Source of the DNA: Copranaerobaculum intestinale
Lineage (GTDB): Bacteria; Bacillota_I; Bacilli_A; Erysipelotrichales; Erysipelotrichaceae
NCBI RefSeq assembly: GCF_009831105.1
Contig: NZ_WUUQ01000007.1
Span: forward strand, 45,170 to 77,169
DNA length: 32,000 bases
Direction of reading: 5' to 3'
Shown here piece by piece: positions 8,096 through 15,892 of this stretch; positions within the stretch are counted from its first letter, which is position 1, and the number at the start of each line of letters is the position of its first letter. The translations under genes were made by a program, and so were the position numbers. The notes under the pieces were generated by a model. That model was not told the DNA's origin and did no database searches. It saw nothing but the letters and a program-made list of their open reading frames with translations.

Positions 8096-9382
8096 TTGGA
8101 TGACTCGCATATAGGACTCATTGTCATTGTATTAGTATTGTTAATTGTTTTATCCGCCTTATTTTCTTCATCAGAAACGGCATATTCTTCTTTGAATCAG
8201 ATCAGGCTGAAGCAAATGGCCAAGAACGGTGACCGCAAAGCAAAAATAGCCTACAATAATACGAAACGGTTTACGTCGTTGATAACAACCATCCTGATTG
8301 GTAACAATTTGGTGAACATCCTGGCTACCTCTATGGCAACCAGTTTGCTGACCTCGTTGTTTGGCGGGGCCGGTATCGCATTGGCTACTTTTTTCATGAC
8401 GGTCCTGATTTTGATATTCGGTGAAGTCATGCCTAAAATTATTGCGAAATCAAAAGCGGAAGCGACAGCTCTGCATATGGCGGTACCGCTGCACTATCTT
8501 CTGATCGTACTGCGTCCGCTGACATGGATTGTCGAATCTGCACAGACTCACTGGGAGAAAAAGCAAAATATTGAAAATGTTACCGCTACTGAGGATGAGC
8601 TGTTAGAGATTGTCTCAACGATCGAGCAGGAAGGCGTACTGGAACAGGATGAACGGGAGCTGATTGAGAGCGTTATCGAATTTGATGACAAGAATGTCCG
8701 TGACATCATGATTCCTAAAGAAGACGTAGTTTTTTTATATGACAATGCTACTTATGATCAGCTGAAAAATGTACTGAATACGTATAAGCTATCCCGAATA
8801 CCGATCATATCTTATGAAAAACTGCAGGTAGTCGGTGTGCTGCGAGTACGTGATGTATTAGACGCGCTGGTCAATGAACAGCCGATCGTGATTGCTGAAC
8901 TGATGCAGCCGCCGGTATTTGTATCGCAGCGCAAAAAGCTGCCGCAGGTACTGGAGGATATTCAGAAATCACGGGAACATATGGCTATCGTTATGGAGAG
9001 TCAGACATCTCATGTTTTTGTGGGTATCATTACTCTGGAAGATGTTTTAGAGGAACTGGTCGGTGAGATCTATGATGAATATGATCCGCTGCCGAATCAT
9101 GTAGTAGAATTTGGGCATCATACTTTTGAAATCGAGGGAAAAGTTTCTTTGATCGATTTCTTTGATCAGTATGCGGAAGATCAGGAACCGCCGAAAACCA
9201 AAGCCCGCAATTTTACCGCGTGGGTATATGAATTGAATAACCATCGGAAAGTTCGCCGAAATCGTGAACTCATTTATGAAAACTATGAAATCAGGGTTTT
9301 GGATACACAGGATGGCATGGCATCCAAAGTGGAACTGACCGTTAAATCATCAAATGATGAAGATGAATTGGAATTAGATTAA
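8096..9382 (+). CDS. CNNM/DUF21-CBS-CorC_HlyC family protein (TlyC 'hemolysin'-type, putative divalent-cation efflux)
   Basis: DUF21 N-terminus ending SALFSSSETAYSS. A CBS pair (VRDIMIPKEDVV..., HMAIVMES...VGIITLEDVLEELVGEI). C-terminal CorC_HlyC-like domain. TTG start with a GGGAGTGG Shine-Dalgarno; no in-frame ATG precedes the first TM. Confidence 0.85.
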   Translation: MDDSHIGLIVIVLVLLIVLSALFSSSETAYSSLNQIRLKQMAKNGDRKAKIAYNNTKRFTSLITTILIGNNLVNILATSMATSLLTSLFGGAGIALATFFMTVLILIFGEVMPKIIAKSKAEATALHMAVPLHYLLIVLRPLTWIVESAQTHWEKKQNIENVTATEDELLEIVSTIEQEGVLEQDERELIESVIEFDDKNVRDIMIPKEDVVFLYDNATYDQLKNVLNTYKLSRIPIISYEKLQVVGVLRVRDVLDALVNEQPIVIAELMQPPVFVSQRKKLPQVLEDIQKSREHMAIVMESQTSHVFVGIITLEDVLEELVGEIYDEYDPLPNHVVEFGHHTFEIEGKVSLIDFFDQYAEDQEPPKTKARNFTAWVYELNNHRKVRRNRELIYENYEIRVLDTQDGMASKVELTVKSSNDEDELELD

Positions 9383-9402
9383 TACAAACAGGAGGAAACA
9401 TT

Positions 9403-9873
9403 ATGTTTTTAAATGCAATCAAACCAGAAAAAGCACCAAAGGCATTAGGCCCGTACTCTCCGGCAGTTAAGCTTGGAGACTTCGTATACTTATCCGGACA
9501 GATCCCATTGGATCCGGAAACCAATGAAATTGCCGGTTCAACGATCGAAGAACAGGCTCATCAGGTTATGAAAAATATCGGTGTGGTACTTGCGGAAATG
9601 GGTCTGGAATACCGTCATATTGTCAAGACGACAATTTTTATGAAGGACTTGAATGATTTCAATACCTTGAATGAGATCTATGGTTCTTACTTGTCTGAAC
9701 CATATCCGGCACGCTCTTGTGTTCAGGTAGCGAAGCTGCCTAAGGATGTCTTGGTCGAGATCGAATGCATTGTCATCGATACCTTGATCTATGAGCAGCA
9801 GCTGGCTGCTCAGCAGGGCGGCTGTGAAGGATGCAGCGGCGGATGCTCCGAGGGCGGCTGCGGCGAATGCTAA
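9403..9873 (+). CDS. ridA: RidA/YjgF-family reactive-intermediate deaminase with a Cys/Gly-rich C-terminal extension
   Basis: APKALGPYSPAV, YLSGQIPLDP, PARSCVQVAKLPKDVLVEIECI. About 30 extra residues ending GGCEGCSGGCSEGGCGEC. Confidence 0.85.
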   Translation: MFLNAIKPEKAPKALGPYSPAVKLGDFVYLSGQIPLDPETNEIAGSTIEEQAHQVMKNIGVVLAEMGLEYRHIVKTTIFMKDLNDFNTLNEIYGSYLSEPYPARSCVQVAKLPKDVLVEIECIVIDTLIYEQQLAAQQGGCEGCSGGCSEGGCGEC

Positions 9874-9877
9874 TTTA

Positions 9878-9906
9878 AAAAGCCAGAGTTGATCTGGCTT
9901 TTTTTA
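9878..9906 (+). terminator. Rho-independent terminator
   Basis: AGCCAGA-gttga-TCTGGCT followed by T7. Confidence 0.7.
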
Positions 9907-9952
9907 TGTTAGGAAAGCTGCTGAATCCTTCGTATATCACTTGGGGTGAAGT

Positions 9953-10384
9953 ATGATTTTATATATCAAGGAGCTGGATGCAGAGCGATGCTTAATTGTT
10001 CTGGACAATCAGAATCGTTATGAATATTATGAGAATAAAATGGAAGTGCTGCTGGAACGGTTGTGTTTATCCTATGGATTTACGCTGCAGGGTGGAAAAA
10101 GAGCTGTCGCTGCGTATTTAAGAATTAAGCGAATGGTTCCTATCTGTTTAAGCGCTGAACAATCCTACATGTTATTTCCAATTATCGATCATGCTGCTCA
10201 TCAGCGAATCTGGTTCAATTACGCTTGGATCGAGACACATATTCATGTTGATCACTGCTGTACCGTTCGGTTTCGAAATGGCGAAGAATTGCAGTGCTCG
10301 GTTTCTAAACGAGTGTTTCAAAAGCAGCTGGACCGCTGTTATTTTTATTTGTATCTGCGTTATTGTTTGCTTAATCGGCGATAA
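9953..10384 (+). CDS. comK: ComK-family protein (short)
   Basis: By eye it aligns with B. subtilis ComK as I recall it. CLSYGFTLQGGKRAVAAYL matches CRFFGSSYAGRKAGTYEV. PICLSAEQSYMLFPI matches PPIMVDPSNQIFLFPT. VRFRNGEELQCSVSKRVFQKQLDR matches VTFSNGKTMELPISYNSFENQVYR. Confidence 0.6.
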   Translation: MILYIKELDAERCLIVLDNQNRYEYYENKMEVLLERLCLSYGFTLQGGKRAVAAYLRIKRMVPICLSAEQSYMLFPIIDHAAHQRIWFNYAWIETHIHVDHCCTVRFRNGEELQCSVSKRVFQKQLDRCYFYLYLRYCLLNRR

Positions 10385-10411
10385 AAAAACTTTCCGATTT
10401 TAATCGGAAAG
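10384..10411. terminator. Bidirectional terminator
   Basis: A7 followed by CTTTCCGAT-ttta-ATCGGAAAG, between convergent genes. Confidence 0.7.
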
Positions 10412-11608
10412 TCAGGTAATGTTGTGTACCCGCTGTTTTGTACGTGAGATGACGATACCTAACAGGAAGAATACGATCACAAACAGCCACTGGATGCCAT
10501 AACCCTGTAAAAGAGAATGCCAATTAGCGATGCTTGCGGAGTGAAAGTGGGGAAGCAGGTCATTGATCTTCACATACCAGTAATTCGGCAGAAACGCTGC
10601 GACATCCAGAACCTGTTTGGATAATACGGACTGCGGTACAAAGTTACCGCAAATAAAGCAGCTTCCTAATGCAAAAACATTCGTAATGCCATTGATCGCT
10701 TCCATATTATTGCGGACTCCCCTCAGCAGATTGGCAGCCATAAATGCAAAGCTGAGAGCTACCATTGTCATAGTAAAGGAATTGCCGGCATATAACAGCC
10801 CCTGCATAGTCAGCATTTCCTTGGTGTTCAGCAGAATGCTCAAAAGAGTAAACATCAACCAGATTCCTGTACCAAACACAATATTTGCTAAAAACAGCTG
10901 CAGATTGAAGGAAGTGTTGGAGATCGGCGAAGCAAGTGTACGAATATGCACTTCACTCTTGAAGATGCTCATCATGATACTGGCGCCTATTAAGATCATA
11001 AGGGATAAAAGGATATAACCCAGAGTATTGAAATACATAACATTCATTTCCTGCTTGAAGCTTAAATCCTTTTGGTCGACCATGGAGATGACTGCATGCT
11101 GCTGATAGACTTTTTTGATCTTTTTATCAATTGCTTGATAGCTTAAGCTCGGAGCTGCTTTTTTGTAGCTGGAAACGGAGCTGAGATAAGACTCCACCTT
11201 CTGCTCCGCTAAAAAAGCTTCAGTCGCATTTGCTTTCTTCTGAGTAATCAGCTTGAAATTACTGTTTTGTTCGAGAAAATGTTTCTCAAAGCCTTTGGGA
11301 ATCATTACGATATAATTGACTTCATTGGCAAATAAGGCATCTTTTAGTGCTTCCTCATTGGAATCAATAGTTTTTACCTTCATCGTATGTTTCAGATAAT
11401 TGGTAAAGGATCTGCTTAAATCGGAGTGATCTTGGTCGATATAGGCGATGCTGATCACGGTATTGCGAAACGGCGTATTGGCTTTATTAACATCTTTGGT
11501 ATTGATTGTAGACAAGCCAATCCAGATAATTGAAAAAATCAACAGATAGGTAAATAAGGTAGATCGCTTCTTATTCAGGATCTTCATATACAGTTTAAAG
11601 ACTTGCAT
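10412..11608 (-). CDS. ABC-2 type exporter permease (N-terminal TM, large extracytoplasmic domain, C-terminal 5-TM bundle)
   Basis: Topology read from hydrophobicity. Paralogous to the upstream permease. 14-nt overlap with it. Confidence 0.75.
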   Translation of the reverse strand: MQVFKLYMKILNKKRSTLFTYLLIFSIIWIGLSTINTKDVNKANTPFRNTVISIAYIDQDHSDLSRSFTNYLKHTMKVKTIDSNEEALKDALFANEVNYIVMIPKGFEKHFLEQNSNFKLITQKKANATEAFLAEQKVESYLSSVSSYKKAAPSLSYQAIDKKIKKVYQQHAVISMVDQKDLSFKQEMNVMYFNTLGYILLSLMILIGASIMMSIFKSEVHIRTLASPISNTSFNLQLFLANIVFGTGIWLMFTLLSILLNTKEMLTMQGLLYAGNSFTMTMVALSFAFMAANLLRGVRNNMEAINGITNVFALGSCFICGNFVPQSVLSKQVLDVAAFLPNYWYVKINDLLPHFHSASIANWHSLLQGYGIQWLFVIVFFLLGIVISRTKQRVHNIT

Positions 11609-12716
11609 ATTTTTTCCTCCTTAAGCGGAAGTAAGCGCATAGGAAACATATTGCTGTAAAGATCAGCAGTGAGATAAAATCATTCCAGAACCGAGGCCCT
11701 CCGCCGTAATAATAAACCGAATACAGTGCATCTGTGATCATATTGACCGGATTGATCTTAGCCAGCCAGGGAATCGTAGTTTCCACAAAATATTTAACAT
11801 TTACAGACATCATGCCTGACAGGAAGGAACACAGCAGGGTAAAGGCAGTTAATATCATGTTATTTACACCATAATTTTTGGTGGCATAACAGCTGGTAAA
11901 CATGCCGAGACTGATTCCGGCGCCTGATCCGGCAAAACTGATCAGCAGGATCATCCATAACTTATCGCCATAGCTGACGCCCAGCACGAATGAGGTATAC
12001 GCAATTAATATCATAATAATGGTAAAGTGAATGATGATATCAATCAGGATATCCACCATCATCGACCGCAGATGATGGGTGGGAGCTACACTGACCCGTG
12101 TGCCTTGAGGAGATTGATCGGCTCGCAGATCATAAATGCTGCGTTGTCCCCAATAGCCGCCCATTAAAGAGACCATACCAATAATGGTATAAAAGCTGAC
12201 GGCAAACAGCTGTGCGCTTTCTTCCTCGCTCTTTTGGATAAATGAAGTATCCTGCATCAGAGCCTTTTCAATCGCTTCCTGCGAAGCGCCCTGCTTAATT
12301 AAATCCATTATCATGGCTTCCTTTTGAATATAACTGTCCATGAATGTTTTTAATACGGATTCATTCATTCCGCTTCCCTCAACGAGCAATTTTTTCTTAT
12401 TGACGATGACACCGTCAACTTTATCATCCTTTAAGAGCTTTTCCGCCTCACTCTTTGATCCGGTCAGGGTAATGTTGAGGATTGCGTCCTCACCCGTGCT
12501 TACTTGCTTCAGCACGGCTTGAAAAGCTGTGTCGTTTTGATAGTCGGTATTGTTTACGACTGCCACATGTATAGCTTTAAAGGTATGATCGGTCAAAGCT
12601 GGCTTTAATGCTAAAGAGAAAAAGGTTGCCAGCATGAGCGGAAAGCATAGAGACCAGAAGATCAAGGTTTTATCAAGCAGCAGACATTTGAATCGATACA
12701 TCCAAGAATATCGCAT
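11595..12716 (-). CDS. ABC-2 type exporter permease (paralog)
   Basis: Same architecture as 10412..11608. It follows the ATPase gene by 10 nt. Confidence 0.75.
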   Translation of the reverse strand: MRYSWMYRFKCLLLDKTLIFWSLCFPLMLATFFSLALKPALTDHTFKAIHVAVVNNTDYQNDTAFQAVLKQVSTGEDAILNITLTGSKSEAEKLLKDDKVDGVIVNKKKLLVEGSGMNESVLKTFMDSYIQKEAMIMDLIKQGASQEAIEKALMQDTSFIQKSEEESAQLFAVSFYTIIGMVSLMGGYWGQRSIYDLRADQSPQGTRVSVAPTHHLRSMMVDILIDIIIHFTIIMILIAYTSFVLGVSYGDKLWMILLISFAGSGAGISLGMFTSCYATKNYGVNNMILTAFTLLCSFLSGMMSVNVKYFVETTIPWLAKINPVNMITDALYSVYYYGGGPRFWNDFISLLIFTAICFLCAYFRLRRKKYASL

Positions 12717-12726
12717 AAATTCCCTC

Positions 12727-13659
12727 CTAATCTCTTAACTCTTTCCCGGTGATTTCCAGGAATACATCATTCAGGGTCGGTTTTTCAGAATAAACTTTAC
12801 CAAATGCGACAGCTTCCCTTTGAAGTGTTTCCATTAAATGAAGCAAATTGTGATTACCGCCGGTGAATTTCGCTTCCAGTGTTTCTCCCTGGTAATTGCA
12901 TTCATAAAGATTTTCCAGCTGCTTCAGCTGAGCAATTTGCGGTGCGGTGATATGAATTTGCTCAACTGTAATTTTTTCTTTCAGGGCAATCATGTTTTTT
13001 AACTGTTCCTTAGTACCCTTCGCAATTTGTTTACCCTTATCCAAAACAATAATACGAGTGCATATTTGTTCTACTTCCTCCATGTAATGAGACGTATAAA
13101 TAATTGTAGTTCCAAGTGCGTTCAGTTTTTTGATTCCCTCCAAAATGGCATTACGGCTTTGCGGATCTACTGCAACGGTTGGTTCGTCCATGATTAATAA
13201 ATCCGGCTTATGGGCAATTCCACAGGCGATGTTTAAGCGCCGAAGCAAACCGCCGCTTAGCTTGGACGGCCGATATTTTGAAAATTCCTGCAATTCAACA
13301 AAACGCAAAGCTTCTTCAACCAGTTGTTTCCGTTTTGCTGATTCTTTGACATATAAGGAACAGAAATAATCGATATTTTCATAAACCGTCAGTTCTTCAA
13401 AAACAGCAACGTTTTGAAGAACCACCCCGATCCTGCGTTTAAGATCATAGGCATCCGGCGCCATTGGCTGATCAAACAGGGAAATGTTTCCCTTGTCATA
13501 TTGCAGCAGTGCCAGAATACAGTTGATTGCGGTAGTCTTACCGCTTCCGTTGGGTCCGAGCAAGCCTAAGATTTCTCCTTTTTCCACATCCATATTCAAG
13601 TGATCAAGCGCGAGCAGATCACCATATCGCTTTACTAAATTATCTACATGTACAATCAT
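12727..13659 (-). CDS. ABC transporter ATP-binding protein (ABC-2/DrrA-like, with a C-terminal accessory domain)
   Basis: Walker A GPNGSGKTT, signature LSGGLLRR, Walker B LLIMDEPT, H-loop TSHYMEE. AAGGAGGA Shine-Dalgarno. Confidence 0.9.
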   Translation of the reverse strand: MIVHVDNLVKRYGDLLALDHLNMDVEKGEILGLLGPNGSGKTTAINCILALLQYDKGNISLFDQPMAPDAYDLKRRIGVVLQNVAVFEELTVYENIDYFCSLYVKESAKRKQLVEEALRFVELQEFSKYRPSKLSGGLLRRLNIACGIAHKPDLLIMDEPTVAVDPQSRNAILEGIKKLNALGTTIIYTSHYMEEVEQICTRIIVLDKGKQIAKGTKEQLKNMIALKEKITVEQIHITAPQIAQLKQLENLYECNYQGETLEAKFTGGNHNLLHLMETLQREAVAFGKVYSEKPTLNDVFLEITGKELRD

Positions 13660-13734
13660 ATGGTATCCTCCTTAATGGTTATATCATAAAGGATCAGCAA
13701 TTTTGATAACAGTGATATTTCTCGTGAATTTATA

Positions 13735-13746
13735 TGACATTTGTCA
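13735..13746. promoter_or_regulatory. Perfect inverted repeat in the divergent ABC / two-component intergenic region (candidate operator)
   Basis: TGACA-tt-TGTCA, about 75 nt upstream of the ABC ATPase start on the minus strand. Confidence 0.3.
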
Positions 13747-13818
13747 CAAAAACTGAGTTCCTGTGATTGTGCAGGATGCTTTGCCATGGTAAACTGATTG
13801 CATATAGAGGATGAAGAA

Positions 13819-14895
13819 ATGACACATTTGATCAACCGCATGGTTTTGTTTTCAGTTTGTACGCTCCTATTAGTAACGGGAAATTTCGATCGGCTGCAGA
13901 TTATCCCGATTTTGTTTTGTCTGATTGTAGAACTGTATGAGCTTTACCGTCCGGATCGTAAGCTGTTTATGATAAACTATGTCGGATTCTGTATGCTGAT
14001 GATTCCGTTTCCGCAGCTGGCCTTTTTTCTGCCGCTGCGTATATATTCGCTGATTTCCTGGGATTTTCGAATTGGCTTATTAGGTTTTCTGGAGCTGCTT
14101 GTCATATATCCGCATGTCAATATTTTGCAGATACTCATTTTATCACTGATCAGCAGCCTGCTTGGTTTCTATGCGACAAAGCAGTTGGATATGCGGCAGC
14201 GGTTTCTGCAGTTTCGCGATACGCAAAGTGAGCAGGAGGCGGTTCTGAAACGTCATAATAAAGAATTGTTGGAAAAACAGGACTATGAAATCTATGCGGC
14301 CACTCTGCATGAGCGAAATCGCATAGCCCGTGAAATACACGATCATGTAGGGCATCAGCTTTCCAGCAGTATCCTGCAAGTAGCAGCACTTTCGACGATC
14401 GAACAGGATGAGCAGATGAAAGCGCATCTTAACACACTGAAACATACTTTGGATCAGGCGATGAATGATATTCGAAGCTCGGTACATGATCTGTATGATG
14501 AATCCTTCGATTTACGATCCAGTATTGAAAGACTGCTAATCCAGTTCTCATTTTGTGAATGGGATCTTGATTATGATGTACATAGCAGCTTGGAACGAAA
14601 ATTGAAGTTCAGCTTTATTGCCATTATCAAGGAAGCGCTGTCCAATGTCAGCCGGCATTCAGATGCAACGATGGTGCATATCCGTGTCATTGAGCATCCG
14701 GCGCTGATTCAGCTGCAGATCGATGATAACGGAAGCGGCATTCAACCGATACAGGAAGAAGGAATTGGACTGCTGAATATGCGGGATCGGGTAGCCAAGC
14801 TAAATGGACGCATTCAGATTAGCCAGCATGAAGGCTTTCATATATTTGTCAGTGTAGACAAGGAGGAGAAAGAGAATGAGAATTATCATCATTGA
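13819..14895 (+). CDS. Sensor histidine kinase, HisKA_3 (NarX/LiaS/DesK-type) with a multi-TM sensor and no obvious extracellular domain
   Basis: H-box ERNRIAREIHDHVGHQLSS, N-box KEALSNVSRHS, G-box DDNGSGI..GIGLLNMRDR. GAGGA Shine-Dalgarno 8 nt before ATG 13819. Confidence 0.85.
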   Translation: MTHLINRMVLFSVCTLLLVTGNFDRLQIIPILFCLIVELYELYRPDRKLFMINYVGFCMLMIPFPQLAFFLPLRIYSLISWDFRIGLLGFLELLVIYPHVNILQILILSLISSLLGFYATKQLDMRQRFLQFRDTQSEQEAVLKRHNKELLEKQDYEIYAATLHERNRIAREIHDHVGHQLSSSILQVAALSTIEQDEQMKAHLNTLKHTLDQAMNDIRSSVHDLYDESFDLRSSIERLLIQFSFCEWDLDYDVHSSLERKLKFSFIAIIKEALSNVSRHSDATMVHIRVIEHPALIQLQIDDNGSGIQPIQEEGIGLLNMRDRVAKLNGRIQISQHEGFHIFVSVDKEEKENENYHH

Positions 14896-15505
14896 TGATG
14901 ACCATCTGGTATTAAATTCTTTGAAAATGATTCTGGAAGCACAAAGCGATATAGAAGTAGTCGCGATCGGTGATGATGGAGAACAGGCGATTTCCCTGTA
15001 TCAGCAATATCATCCGGATGTATTGCTGATGGATATCCGTATGCAAAAAGTCAATGGTTTAGAGGCAAGCATGGCAATATTAAAGGCAGACAGCCAGGCT
15101 AGAATCCTGTTATTAACAACATTTAATGATGATGAGTACATTGTTCAGGCATTGCGGCTTGGGGTCAAGGGATATATCCTGAAACAGAATTATGATGTGA
15201 TCTATCCGGCTTTGAAAGCTGTCTGTCAGAATCAGCGCGTCTTTAATGATGAGATCATGATGAAGCTCCCAGACCTGATGAAACGAAGTGATCATCCGGA
15301 TTATGAGAAATGGCAGTTGAGTGATAAAGAACAGGAGTTGATTATCCAGGTAGCAAATGGTGCCAGCAATCGGGAGATCGCGAATAATCTTTGTCTCAGC
15401 GAAGGTACAGTGAGAAACTATTTGAGTGTCATAATGGAAAAAGTACAGGTACGTGACCGTACCCAGTTGGCGATATTTTATTATCAGCATATGTGGAAGC
15501 AGTAA
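14876..15505 (+). CDS. Response regulator, NarL/LuxR (FixJ) family
   Basis: Receiver domain (IIIIDDD..., VLLMDIRMQ, LLLTTF, KGYILK) plus a LuxR HTH (LSDKEQELIIQVANGASNREIANNLCLSEGTVRNYLSVIMEK). 20-nt overlap with the kinase gene. Confidence 0.9.
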   Translation: MRIIIIDDDHLVLNSLKMILEAQSDIEVVAIGDDGEQAISLYQQYHPDVLLMDIRMQKVNGLEASMAILKADSQARILLLTTFNDDEYIVQALRLGVKGYILKQNYDVIYPALKAVCQNQRVFNDEIMMKLPDLMKRSDHPDYEKWQLSDKEQELIIQVANGASNREIANNLCLSEGTVRNYLSVIMEKVQVRDRTQLAIFYYQHMWKQ

Positions 15506-15860
15506 GAAATTTCAATAACGGCTTATTTACTGAGAATGATGTTTTTATCGCTATATACAGGCAGATGGAAATCTCAATATGGTATTGAATATGTGACCCG
15601 CTTTTATTCGATGTTACAAGATACGAAGGCTTCTGTGATTTTACAAATCAAACTTACATGTCAAGACGCTTATGATATGATGAGCGGTTTCATGCAGGGA
15701 TGAAAGTATCGTGTTGTATTTTAACGCGATTATGATACTGCATTCATGGTTAATAGATAAAAAGAATAACGGTGTTTAAACAATAAAGTTATTTATCAAA
15801 AAGCATGGATTAAGATTCAGTTATTCTGATTTTAAAGTACGAGCTCTATATTCAAACGTA

Positions 15861-15892
15861 AAAGATGCAGATTAAATTTCTGCATCTTTTGC
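15861..15892. terminator. Hairpin overlapping the stop of the VanZ-RDD gene
   Basis: AAAAGATGCAGA-ttaaat-TTCTGCATCTTTT. The stop codon lies in the loop. Confidence 0.55.
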
